Positions 12,110 through 23,942 of a stretch of 64,000 bases of DNA are shown here, in pieces. The stretch comes from Macrostomum lignano (taxonomy: Eukaryota): the NCBI GenBank assembly GCA_002269645.1, contig NIVC01000280.1:248001-312000 (forward strand), given 5' to 3'. The first letter of the stretch is position 1, and every line of letters starts with the position of its first letter. The notes under the pieces were generated by a model. The model worked only from the letters and a program-made list of their open reading frames with translations, was not told the origin of the DNA and did not search any database. Made by a program: the position numbers and the translations under genes.

Positions 12110-15100
12110 CTAGCTGGAGTCCGACTGGGCCACGCCGACCGCCCGAGAAAAGCCGGGCAGGTCGCGCGCCTCAACCAGCGCTTTCAGGGCCGTCACGCGG
12201 TCGCCAGTTGACGAAGTGGACGATGGTTCGAAGGCCATCCGAGCCACGGTCTGTCTGGCGAGGTTCCACACCGAGCTGTCGGACTGACGGCCAGGCTGCA
12301 GCAGCCGCAGGGCAGAAGCGTAGTTGCTGAGGGCCTGCGCGAGTTATGAAGGAAAATACGCTGTTTTTTCGTGTAGAAATGTTAAAAAATAGCTCAGACT
12401 GTAGCCTAATTATTAGGTCAGAGTGAAGCCTAATTATTAGCTCAGACTGTAGCCTAATTATTAGGTCAGAGTGAAGCCTAATTATTAGCTCAGACTGTAG
12501 CCTAATTATTAGCTCAGACTGTAGCCTAATTATTAGCTCAGACTGTAGCCTAATTATTAGCTCAGACTGTAGCCTAATTATTATCTCAGACTGTAGCCTA
12601 ATTATTAGCTCAGACTGTAGCCTAGTTATTAGCTCAGACTGTAGCCTAATTATTAGCTCAGACTGTAGTCTAATTATTAGCTCAGACTGTAGCCTAATTA
12701 TTAGCTCAGACGGAAGCCTAATTATTAGCTCAGACTGTAGCCTAGTTATTAGCTCACACTGTAGCCTAATTATTAGCTCAGACTGTAGTCTAATTATTAT
12801 CTCAGACTGTAGCCTAATTATTAGCTCAGACGGAAGCCTAATTATTAGCTCAGACTGTAGCCTAGTTATTAGCTCAGACTTAGCCTAATTATTAGCTCAG
12901 ACTGTAGCCTAATTATTATCTCAGACTGTAGCCTAATTATTAGCTCAGACGGAAGCCTAGTTATTAACTCAGACTGTAGCCTAATTATTAGCTCAGACTG
13001 TAGCCTAATTATTATCTCAGACTGTAGCCTAATTATTAGCTCAGACGAAAGCCTAGTTATTAACTCAGACTGTAGCCTAATTATTAGCTCAGACTGTAGC
13101 CTAATTATTATCTCAGACTGTAGCCTAATTATTAGCTCAGACGAAAGCCTAATTATTAGCTCAGACTGTAGCCTAGTTATTAGCTCAGACTGTAGCCTAA
13201 TTATTAGCTCAGACTGTAGCCTAGTTATTAGCTCAGACTGTAGCTTAATTATTAGCTCAGACTGTAGCCTAATTATTAGCTCAGACTGTAGCCTAGTTGT
13301 TAGCTCAGACTGTAGCTTAATTATTATCTCAGACTGTAGCCTAATTATTAGCTCAGACTGTAGCCTAGTTGTTAGCTCAGACTGTAGCCTAATTATTACC
13401 CTAGACTGTAGCCTAATTATTAGCTCAGACTGTAGCCTAATTATTAGCTCAGACTGTAGCCTAGTTGTTAGCTCAGACTGTAGCTTAATTATTATCTCAG
13501 ACTGTAGCCTAATTATTAGCTCAGACTGTAGCCTAGTTGTTAGCTCAGACTGTAGCCTAATTATTACCCTAGACTGTAGCCTAATTATTAGCTCAGACTG
13601 TAGCCTAATTATTAGCTCAGACTGTAGCCTAGTTGTTAGCTCAGACAGTAGCCTAGTTGTTAGCTCAGACTGTAGCCTAATTATTAGCTCAGACTGCAGC
13701 CCAATTATTAGCCAAGTCAATTATCTCAAACCTGGTCGTAGGCGCGCAGACTGTGGCAGGCGATGCCCAGATTGGCGCGGGCGCGCACAAAGCCGGGCGC
13801 CAGGCTGAGGGCGCGCCTGTAGGCCTGCACAGCCTCCTCGTGACGGCCGCTGTTAGCCAGAGTGGCGCCCAGCTTATTCCAGCTCAGGTAGTCATCTGGC
13901 TGCACCTGTGAGAGTGGTAAAATATCATATTTCTATATTAACTACTGCCTATTGACTAAAAGTTAAGCTGACTGGCTGCGGTTAGTACGCTAGAGTGCTT
14001 TTGCCTGACAATTAGAAAGTCAAGTGCCGCTGTACTACTACCAATTACCAATTTGCTATGCCATTTGGCACGCGTATACGCCTCACCCAGTGCCAGTGCA
14101 AATCAGTCTCACCTGCAGCGCAGCCTTGAAGGAGTCCACAGCCCGCTGGAAGTCGCCGTGCAGGTTGTACAGCACACCCAACGCCAGCTGCAGCTCCGGG
14201 TCGGGCGAGCCGGCCGTCTGCCTCGCCGCCGCGGCCAGCAGCAGCCGCTCGCAGCGGGAGAACTCCGCGTAGGTGGCGAACCCGCCAACGGTTGGCGCGG
14301 CGGCTTCGGCGGAGTCGGCGGAGGCACCGGCCAGCAGGTCGGAGTAGGCGGGATTGGCGGCCAGCCAGGACAGCAGGGCGTGGACGGCCTCGGAGTTGCG
14401 CAGCTCGTTGGTGAAGCTGCGCGCCAACGACAGCAGGGCCGGGCGGTCCTGCGGCGACAGAGACAGGCAGCGCTGGCAGGCGGTGATGGCGTCCGGCTCG
14501 CGCTCCGCCTCGGCCAGGCTGATGCCCAGGTGGCGCCACGCCTCCGCGCTGTCCGGGGCCCGGGCGGCGGCCGCCTCAAACAGCAGGACGGCTTCGGGCA
14601 CGCGGCCTTGGCGCATCGCGGCCAGCCCTGCGCCCAGCGGGTCCGCCTCCTCCGCGTGCGGGTTGTCGGCCTGGGGGGGGGGGAGGGAGGATCTGTGAGA
14701 GTGGCTGAGGATCTGTGAGGGTGGCTGAGGATCTGTGAGGGTGGCTGAGGATCTGTGAGAGTGGCTGAGGATCTGTGAGGGTGGCTGAGGATCTGTGAGA
14801 GTGGCTGAGGATCTTTGAGGGTGGCTGAGGATCTGTGAGGGTGGCTGAGGATCTGTGAGGGTGGCTGAGGATCTGTGAGAGTGGCTGAGGATCTGTGAGG
14901 GTGGCTGAGGATCTGTGAGAGTGGCTGAGGATCTGTGAGGGTGGCTGAGGATCTGTGAGGGTGGCTGAGGATCTGTGAGAGTGGCTGAGGATCTGTGAGG
15001 GTGGCTGAGGATCTGTGAGAGTGGCTGAGGATCTGTGAGGGTGGCTGAGGATCTGTGAGGGTGGCTGAGGATCTGAGAAGACAGTAGCCCAGCCTGAGGA

Positions 15101-18100
15101 TCTGTGGGTGTCCCTGAGGAGCTGAGAAGACAGTAGCCCAGCCTGAGGATCTGTGGGTGTCCCTGAGGAGCTGAGAAGACAGTAGCCCAGCCTGTGGATC
15201 TGTGGGTGTCCCTGAGGAGCTGAGAAGACAGTAGCCCAGCCTGAGGATCTGTGGGTGTCCCTGAGGATCTGAGAAGACAGTAGCCCAGCCTGAGGATCTG
15301 TGGGTGTCCCTGAGGAGCTGAGAAGACAGTAGCCCAGCCTGAGGATCTGTGGGTGTCCCTGAGGATCTGAGAAGACAGTAGCCCAGCCTGTGGATCTGTG
15401 GGTGTCCTTGAGGAGCTGAGAAGATAGTAGCCCAGCCTGAGGATCTGTAAAGGTGACAGTGGCCAGAGCATCTGGACAGGCTCACCTGAAAGACGTATTC
15501 ACGTTTCGTCTCACTGGCGGACGCAGTGGCAGAGGCGGCGCCGGCCGCTCCCAGGGTGTCGTCGTCCAGGTACTGGGACCAGGTGCGGGACAGGTCCTCC
15601 CAGAAGCGGTCCTTCTCGGCGTCAGTCTCCGTGTAGGTGCCGGACCGCAGCTGCTCCAGAGCGCTGGCCAGCCGCTCCTCGGGCTGGTGGTCCATGTCAG
15701 TGTCCATGTCGTCGGTCAGTTGGGCGGAGTCGGCCGGCAGCAGCAGGTGGTCCCGCTCGGCCAGGAAGTTGGCGCCCCAGCTCGGCTGTTGCACGGAGGC
15801 GGCGGCCGGCGGCGCGGCCGGCAGCAGCATCGGGGCGGAGGGCCCGCGCAGCATCATCAGGGGGAGGCCCAGCGACTGCGGCGCGGCCGCAGCTGAGGAT
15901 TGGCCAGACATTCTGTTGACTTGCCAGCTTGATATTCCCTATCGAAATCTAATCTCACCCTTATCGATCTAATCTCACCCTTCCCAATCTAATCTCACCC
16001 TTCTCGGTCTAATCTCACCCTTCTCAATCTAATCTCACCCTTCTCGGTCTAATCTCACCCCTTCCTTAATCCAATCTCAACCCGCATTTTTAATATTATG
16101 ATTAAAGGAATAATAGACCATCTATTATCTAATCTAACCATCTCGGGCAATCATATTTCATCATTCTAGCTGTCTCATATCACACCATTGTTCCAACCTT
16201 ATCTCAGCCTTTCTGATAATCTCACCACACCATCCCAGCCAAGCCTCACCGGTGGCCGCTGACGGCAGAGAAGGTGTGGACGCGGACACGTGAAACGCAG
16301 AGGCGGCGGAGGCAGCCGAGGATGTCGCTGCTGCTGCGGCGGCTGCCGGCACAGACGAGGCGGCAGAGAAGGCGAGCGCTTCAGCCAGCAGAGCCTGCAT
16401 GTTGAACGTCTGCGGGGCCGCAGTCGCCGCCGTAGCACCCTGGTGAGCGGGGGGTTTTTGAGCTTGGTGAGCTGCATGCTGCACCCAAATCCTCCACCCT
16501 AATCCTCGGCCCTTCAATCATCCAACCCCCAATTCTCGGCCCCTCAACCCTCAGCCTCTCAACCCTCAGCCTCCCAACCCTCAGCCTCCCAACCCTCAGC
16601 CTCCCAACCCTCAGCCTCCCAACCCTCAGCCTCCCAACCCTCAGCCTCCCAACCCTCAGCCCCTTAACCCTCAGCCTCTCAACCCTCAGCCTCTCAACCC
16701 CCAGCCCCCAATCCTCCACCCTCCCCAATCCTCCACCCTCCCCAATCCTCCACCCTCCCCAATCCTCCACCCTCCCCAATCCTCCACCCTTCCCAATCCT
16801 CCACCCTCCCCAATCCTCCACCCTTCCCAATCCTCCACCCTCCCCAATCCTCCACCCTCCCCAATCCTCCACCCTTCCCAATCCTCCACCCTCCCCAATC
16901 CTCCACCCTTCCCAATCCTCCACCCTCCCCAATCCTCCACCCTCCCCAATCCTCCACCCTCCCCAATCCTCCACCCTCCCAATCCTCCACCCTCCCCAAT
17001 CCTCCACCCTCCCCAATCCTCCACCCTTCCCAATCCTCCACCCTCCCCAATCCTCCATCCTCCCCAATCCTCCACCCTCCCCAATCCTCCATCCTCCCCA
17101 ATCCTCCACCCTCCCCTTCCCAATCCTCCACCCTCCCCTTCCCAATCCTCCACCCTCCCCAATCCTCCACCCTCCCCAATCCTCCACCCTTCCCAATCCT
17201 CCACCCTCCCCAATCCTCCACCCTCCCCAATCCTCCACCCTTTCCAATCCTCCACCCTTTCCAATCCTCCACCCTTTCCAATCCTCCACCCTTTCCAATC
17301 CTCCACCCTTCCCAATCCTCCACCCTTCCCAATCCTCCACCCTCCCCAATCCTCCATCCTCCCCAATCCTCCATCCTCCCCAATCCTCCATCCTCCCCAA
17401 TCCTCCACCCTCCCCAATCCTCCATCCTCCCCAATCCTCCACCCTCCCCTTCCCAATCCTCCACCCTCCCCAATCCTCCACCCTCCCCTCCCCAATCCTC
17501 CACCCTCCCCAATCCTCCACCCTCCCCAATCCTCCACCCTCCCCAATCCTCCACCCTTTCCAATCCTCCACCCTTCCCAATCCTCCACCCTTTCCAATCC
17601 TCCACCCTTCCCAATCCTCCACCCTCCCCAATCCTCCACCCTCCCCAATCCTCCACCCTTTCCAATCCTCCACCCTTCCCAATCCTCCACCCTCCTCAAT
17701 CCTCCACCCTCCCCAATCCTCCACCCTCCCCAATCCTCCACCCTCCCCAATCCTCCACCCTCCCCAATCCTCCACCCTCCCCAATCCTCCACCCTCCCCA
17801 ATCCTCCACCCTCCCCAATCCTCCACCCTCCCCAATCCTCCACCCTCCCCTTCCCAATCCTCCACCCTCCCCAATCCTCCACCCTCCCCAATCCTCCACC
17901 CTCCCCAATCCTCCACCCTCCCCAATCCTCCACCCTCCCCAATCCTCCACCCTCCCCAATCCTCCACCCTCCCCAATCCTCCACCCTCCCCAATCCTCCA
18001 CCCTCCCCAATCCTCCACCCTTCCCAATCCTCCGCGAACCTGCAGCTGCTGCGCCCGCACGGCCTGCTGGCCGACCTCCTGCCTGTGCGCCTGGTCGCCA

Positions 18101-18186
18101 CGGGTCACGTGCTGGCTGAGGCTGACCAGTGCGTTCTGGCCGGAGCAGCCGGGCTCGGCCAGCCGGCGGGCCAGGGACTCGGCCAT
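12110..18186 (-). CDS. PEX5: Peroxisomal targeting signal 1 receptor PEX5 (TPR protein), about 575 aa
   Basis: Six phase-consistent exons: 18040-18186, 16250-16439, 15486-15919, 14113-14670, 13732-13905, 12110-12334. N-terminal [20 protein letters not shown] carries the conserved Cys; WGANF motif; TPRs [18 protein letters not shown] and [25 protein letters not shown]; C-terminal VWNL...ARDL. Confidence 0.93.
12392..13712. repeat. 24-bp repeat TAGCTCAGACTGTAGCCTAATTAT (last PEX5 intron)
   Basis: About 55 tandem copies. Confidence 0.95.
14690..15447. repeat. Compound array: 19-bp GTGGCTGAGGATCTGTGAG followed by a 49-bp unit
   Basis: Switch near 15073; both units share CTGAGGATCTG. Confidence 0.9.
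15947..16078. repeat. Short ~20-bp repeat ATCTAATCTCACCCTTCTC(GG/A)
   Basis: About six degenerate copies. Confidence 0.8.
16544..18032. repeat. Compound array: 15-bp AACCCTCAGCCTCCC then 17-bp CCCCAATCCTCCACCCT (PEX5 intron 1)
   Basis: Direct tandem copies running to within about 6 nt of the donor site. Confidence 0.95.
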
Positions 18187-18198
18187 GGATGATCAGAG

Positions 18199-18216
18199 CT
18201 GAGGGTAGCGGGTTAG
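18199..18216 (-). promoter_or_regulatory. 3' splice-site-like element 12 nt upstream of the PEX5 ATG
   Basis: Minus strand CTAACCCGCTACCCTCAG|CTCTGATCATCC ATG: branch-point-like CTAAC, pyrimidine tract, CAG. Confidence 0.55.
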
Positions 18217-18670
18217 GATGAATGCAAATTCTGAGTTCCTTAATTATCTGCTACTCCAGTTCCTGTGATAAGATTAATTGTCTATAATAAAAGAAAGACA
18301 GTAATTAAAAGTGTTTAAAATAACAAATGTATTTCAATCGATTGCACTGCAGTAGGATCTGGGGAATGCTTCTGTATAGAAAAAATTGAGCCAATTTGAT
18401 TTAAAAAATCATAAAATGGAAGAACCCTAGCTTTAGTAAAAATGATACAATGATAGAAAACTGCTCGAATCAGATTTGAATAAAAATTGATGCGTTCCTT
18501 ATTACTGCAATATTTATCAGAATAATTAAACAGGGCATCAAACAGCGCTAATAAAAAAATAAAATGAATGCTGCAAATTGTAAGCAAATCAACCCCCAGA
18601 ACTCCAGGCTTTATCCAGGGTTTACCAATTTTGGATTTTTATAGGTCGTAAAACCTGTTAATTCCCTGAT

Positions 18671-19046
18671 TCAGTCCAGCCAGTCCAAGAGCTATGTAGA
18701 AGTCCCTGATTCAGCTTAACCAGTCCAAGAGCTATCTAGAAGTCCCTAATTCAGTCCAGCCAGTCCAAGAGCTATCTAGAAGTCCCTAATTCAGTCCAGC
18801 CAGTCCAAGAGCTATCTAGAAGTCCCTAATTCAGTCCAGCCAGTCCAAGAGCTATCTAGAAGTCCCTAATTCAGTCCAGCCAGTCCAAGAGCTATCTAGA
18901 AGTCCCTAATTCAGTCCAGCCAGTCCAAGAGCTATCTAGAAGTCCCTAATTCAGTCCAGCCAGTCCAAGAGCTATCTAGAAGTCCCTGATTCGATCCAAC
19001 TAGTCCAAGAGCTATCTAGAAGTCCCTAATTCAGTCCAGCCAGTCC
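18671..19046. repeat. 40-bp repeat that includes the WASH1 stop codon
   Basis: Unit TCAGTCCAGCCAGTCCAAGAGCTATCTAGAAGTCCCTAAT starting at 18671, 18711 and so on up to 19031. Confidence 0.95.
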
Positions 19047-19172
19047 TGATCGTCACCATCGCTGCCGTCACCGGCTGCCGTCTCAGCGGCCTCCTGAGCA
19101 ATCATCGCACTGACGGTATCGAACATCGAGTTGCCCGTGCCGCCGCTGCCTCCGCCATTGCCGTTGCCACCA

Positions 19173-19205
<33 letters not shown>

Positions 19206-22180
19206 ATGCCCTGTCGCCGCTTACTCAGCCGCATCTTCAACTGCGCCATCATGTCCATGCCGCCGGCCTCCGCTCCGCCACCGCCGCGCCCCCCACCATC
19301 GTCGGCGCCAGCGTCGGCGGTTTCCCGATCGTCGCGAATCCGACGTTTCCGTTCGAGTTTTCGCTCCTTCACGGACTTCAGCTTGGCTTTTCCGGCGCCG
19401 CCAGCCTGTCGAATGGCGTCCAACAGACTGGCGCGAGACGCGTCCGGCGCCGCCACGGCGCCAGGCAGATCGCCAGGCGGAGGTGGCGGAGGCGGCGGTG
19501 GCGGAGGAGGCGGAGGGGGAGGCGGAGGGGGCGGCGGAGGGGGAGGCGGCGGCACGCCAGCGGAAGGCGGAGGCGGAGGCGGTGGAGGGGGCGGAGGGGG
19601 CGGAGGGGGCGGAGGAGGCGGAGGAGGGGCCGGCTCAGAAGCCGCAGCGGAGGCAGGCGGAGGCGGCGGAGCGCTGGGTAGGTCGCCGAGGCTGCTGAGG
19701 ATGTTGTCGGCAGCGGACGGGGCGATGCCGGGCCCGAGGTCGCCGAGGTATTGGACATTCTCGGCCACCCCGGCCAGCTGGGGCAGGCGGGCCGGCAGGC
19801 TCTCCATGTCGGGCACGGCGCCAAGGGTGGGCACGTACAGCAGGGAATCGGCGCCAGGCGCCTCCAGGCGGTCGCCCAGCAGGATGCTGTCGGGCGCCTG
19901 GCCGGGCGTGGCGCCGCCGCCGCCGCTGGAGTCGTCGGATTGAACGGCTCGAACTCGGTGGACAACGCCGAGCGGATCCAGCAGGCTGTACTTCCGGTAG
20001 GGATTCTCGGCAGTGTTGAACAGCAACAGGCCGCTGAGCGACCGCAGCCCCGGCGGCGGCCGGCCGAGGCCTTCGGCGGCTGCCGCGCGCTTGGCGCCGG
20101 GAGGGCGCAGCGGCAGCATCATGTAGTGCCGCTTTTCGGCCAGCAGCGCCTCCGTCAGCGCCTCGTGCTGGGCGGCCACACGACGGACCGCCGTCTGGAC
20201 CTCCCCCACTGCAGCAGTCGCGGCAGCGCCCTCGCCTTCCGGCGCGAAGGGCGACAGAAAAGCTGGCGCCGAGTCGCCTCCGGCGGGAAATTTCGGGACC
20301 GCAAACACCTGCGGGATCATTTGGATGGCATTTTTATCCCAATAGCTCGCAAATGACCTGAGTCTCCTTATCACTTGACTCTCATTCCCATCATCTGACT
20401 CTCATTCCCAACACCTGACTCTCGTTCCCAACACCTGACTCTCATTCCCAACACCTGACTCTTATTCCCAACACCTGACTCTTATTCCCAGCACCTGATT
20501 CTCATTCACAACACCTGACTCTCATTCCCAACCCCGTTGGAAAAGTTATGCACCTGCAGAGGCATAAAAGGTGAGCGAGGTGCACAAAAGAGGCACTTTG
20601 GTGGCCTATTTCGTGTGTGCTTTGGAAATGCACCTGAGTGCACCTTTTATGCCTAAATGTCACCAATATTTTCGAAAAGAGGCATGAAAGGTGTACAATC
20701 GGTGAAGTGGTCAGGCAGTAGGTGAATTCTCAATTTTGATTGGTTGCGGCGGTAGGGGCAGGAAAGGTGCATAAGGGGCACTGGAGGTGCGCAAAAGGTG
20801 AACAGCAGGCTCACAAGCGAGGCACAGCAGGTGCAGGAAAGGTGCTGAAGGGGCGCAGAAAGTGCACGAAAGGTGAATTAGAGGTGCATAAGTTGTACAT
20901 GTTGCAGCGTAAATATGTATACAGGTGCATTTCCAAAACACGCTCGAAATAGACCCCAAAAGTGCCTCTTCTGTGCACCTCGCTCACCTTCCATGCCTAT
21001 GCACGAATTAACGCATTAATACGAGCGTAATCAGCAACAAAAAATTAACTGAGAGTTACATACTCGTACATTGCATGCACAGATTGAACATAGAAAAGCT
21101 TTATTTACACCTATACTAATCGCTGCTATCCCCTTCCTGATCCTGACAAACCACGAAAGCAAACATTTCCTATACTGATAAGTTTTAATGACTTTCAAAT
21201 ACTCAGGAAAAGTTCCGAAAAGTGGTGAAAAGTTTTGCATCAGTGAGGAAAAGTTTTGAATCTGTTCAAAGAATAGTAAGGAAAAGTAGCAAAGAACTTT
21301 CGCAAGTTGAAACGCCCCTTGCATTGCCTCTACGCCTAAAGTGCCCACTGTGCACCCTTTATTCACCTTTCGTGCCTCCAGTGCACACTGTACACTTTTT
21401 ATGCACCTCCACCGCAGCGCACCTTTTTTCACCTTTCACTCCACCAATGCCCCCAATTCCTACTTTGTTCACCTTTTGTGCCTCAACGCACACTGTGCAC
21501 CTTTAATTCACCTAACTCCCCTATGGCACCTGTGCCCCTACCGCCTATTTCGTGCCTTAAATTCACCTTTTGACCCTGCAGAGGCACTCAGGTGAACACG
21601 CGGTGCACAAGTGGCACAAAATAGGCATAAGAGAGGCGAAAGTCAGGCAGAAGGTGCAAAACTCTTCACCTTTCGTGCCTACTTTAAAAACTCAAAATCC
21701 AACGGGAACACCTGACTCTCATTCCCAACACCTGATTCTCATTCCCAGCACCTGACTCTTATTCCCAGCACCTGACTCTCATTCCCAACACCTGACTCTC
21801 ATTCCCAACACCTGATTCTCATTCCCAACACCTGATTCTCATTCACAACACCTGACTCTCATTCCCAACACCTGAATCTCATTCCCAGCACCTGACTCTC
21901 ATTCCCAACACCTGACTCTCATTCCCAGCACCTGACTCCCCCGCACCTGCACAGCCCGAGTCGTCCCCTTCAAAAAGTCGATCTTGGCCTGGCAGTCGGC
22001 GGCTCTGCGCCGCAGGCGGTCGCACTCGGCCCGCTGCTCAGCCAGCCGGCTGCCCAGCCTGTCGAACACGGCCTCGGCCACCCCGGCCACCTCGGCCAGC
22101 GAGTCAGCAGACTGCACCAGCAGCTCTTCGTGGCGCAGATCGGCCGATGGCGGGCGCACCTGCAGCGGCTGAGCTGGCAT
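19031..22180 (-). CDS. WASH1: WASH complex subunit 1 (Arp2/3 nucleation-promoting factor), about 503 aa
   Basis: Two coding exons 21947-22180 and 19031-20308. WAHD region (DLRHEE..., VFAVPKFPA, LLLFNTAENPYRKYSLLDPL), polyproline tract, WH2 RASLLDAIRQAGGAGKAKLKSVKERK, central region LKMRLSKRRQGIAG, acidic end DGDDQDWLD*. Confidence 0.93.
20376..21938. repeat. 20-bp repeat CTGACTCTCATTCCCAACAC, split by the TIR element
   Basis: Same unit at 20376-20532 and 21707-21938. Confidence 0.9.
20533..21706. mobile_element. Non-autonomous DNA transposon, 1174 bp, CMC/EnSpm-like
   Basis: Terminal inverted repeat CCCGTTGGA...TCCAACGGG. 3-bp target duplication AAC, deduced against the interrupted 20-bp repeat unit. 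Many subterminal AAGGTG/CACCTT motifs; no transposase ORF. Superfamily is inferred. Confidence 0.75.
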
Positions 22181-22192
22181 TGAATCGCTGGG

Positions 22193-22215
22193 CTGCGGGA
22201 TTGAGCATGGGATTA
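22193..22215 (-). promoter_or_regulatory. 3' splice-site-like element 12 nt upstream of the WASH1 ATG
   Basis: Minus strand TTAATCCCATGCTCAATCCCGCAG|CCCAGCGATTCA ATG. Confidence 0.5.
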
Positions 22216-22329
22216 ACTACACTGCTCAGCTTTAGTTCCTATTTTGGCCTTTCAGCATTTTTATTGTCTCAGTGACGCCATCTGACATTTTGAAAGATTT
22301 TAACTGCTTCTCAACCAAAAATACTGTCG

Positions 22330-23431
22330 TGGAGAGAGGGAACTAGGTGGAGAGAGGCGGGAATGAGGTGGAGAGAGGAGGGGAATCAGGCGGAGAGAGG
22401 AGGGGAATCAGGTGGAGAGGAGGGGAATCAGGTGGAGAGAGGAGGGGAATCAGGTGGAGAGGAGGGGAATCAGGTGGAGAGAGGAGGGGAATCAGGTGGA
22501 GAGAGGAGGGGAATCAGGTGGGGAGAGGAGGGGAATTAGGTAGAGAGGAGGGGAATCAGGCGGAGAGAGGAGGGAAATCAGGTGGGGAGAGGAGGGGAAT
22601 CAGGCGTAGAGAGGAGGGGAATCAGGTAGAGGGGAGGGGAATCAGGCGGAGAGAGGAGGGGAATCAGGTAGAGGGGAGGGGAATCAGGCGGAGAGAGGAG
22701 GGGAATTAGGTAGAGGGGAGGGGAATCAGGTGGAGAGAGAAGGGGAATCAGGCGGAGAGAGGAGGGGAATCAGGTGGAGAGGAGGGGAATCAGGTGGAGA
22801 GGAGGGGAATCAGGTAGAGAGGAGGGGTATCAGGTGGAGAGAGGAGGGGAATCAGGCGGAGAGAGGAGGGGAATCAGGTAGAGAGGAGGGGAATCAGGTG
22901 GAGAGGGGAGGGGTATCAGGTGGAGAGAGGAGGGGAATCAGGCGGAGAGAGGAGGGGAATCAGGTGGAGAGGAGGGGAATCAGGTGGAGAGGAGGGGAAT
23001 CAGGTGGAGAGGAGGGGAATCAGGTGGAGAGGAGGGGAATCAGCTAGAGAGAGGAGGGGAATTAGGTGGAGAGAGGAGGGGAATCAGGTGGAGAGAGGAG
23101 GGGAATCAGGTGGAGAGGAGGGTAATCAGGTGGAGAGGAGGGGAATCAGGTGGAGAGGGGAGGGGAATCAGGTGGAGAGAGGAGGGGAATTAGGTGGAGA
23201 GAGGAGGGGAATTAGGTAGAGAGGGGATGGGAATCAGGTGGAGAGGAGGGGAATCAGGTGGAGAGGAGGGGAATCAGGTGGAGAGGAGGGGTATCAGGTG
23301 GAGAGGAGGGGAATCAGGTGGAGAGAGGAGGGGAATCAGGTGGAGAGGAGGGGAATCAGGTGGAGAGGAGGGGAATCAGGTGGAGAGGAGGGGAATCAGG
23401 TGGAGAGGAGGGGAATCAGGTGGAGAGGAGG
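22330..23431. repeat. 20-22-bp repeat GGAGGGGAATCAGGTGGAGA(GA)
   Basis: Direct tandem copies. Confidence 0.95.
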
Positions 23432-23942
23432 GATAGTTGTGTGCTAGCCATAGGAATCAGTGCAGAGAATTCAATGCTCAGATAAAAGTCAGTATAGAGG
23501 ATGCTTTCTTTAGCAAACGGTTGGCCCTACAAAGAGTATATTTACAAGTAAAAACAGGATAAAGACCTGAAAAAATATCCACTCAAAACAAGCGCCAAGT
23601 TCTGACGGAAGTAGCGGCAGTTAGTAAAAAGGAATTCTGCTATTGGCTCTGGAAAAAAAAATTAATCAATTTTTTATTTGAAAATTTGTTGGCAAGCTGG
23701 TGCACAATGCAGCAATACGCCAATTATATGTTAATGAGTAATTATATAATGAGCTAATACAAGGCGAGGCTCCGGTCCAAGCATGAGGATTCTGGGACTG
23801 CATGGAATCTCTGCTATTCCTGCTTAGTGATGACAGAGCAAATAGCTGTTTGAGAATGATGGCCAAATGCGGTGGTCGCCGCTTCATAAGCAGCTGGAAG
23901 CCAAGGAGAAGTGGAAAGAGTTAACCAGATTCTGAGGTAATT

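Noticed and set aside
14053-20356. Plus-strand ORFs overlapping PEX5 and WASH1 exons (14053-14718, 19131-19943, 19751-20356) and similar ones over VPS52 and 14-3-3
   Set aside because: Antisense shadows expected from GC-rich coding sequence; no recognisable domains.
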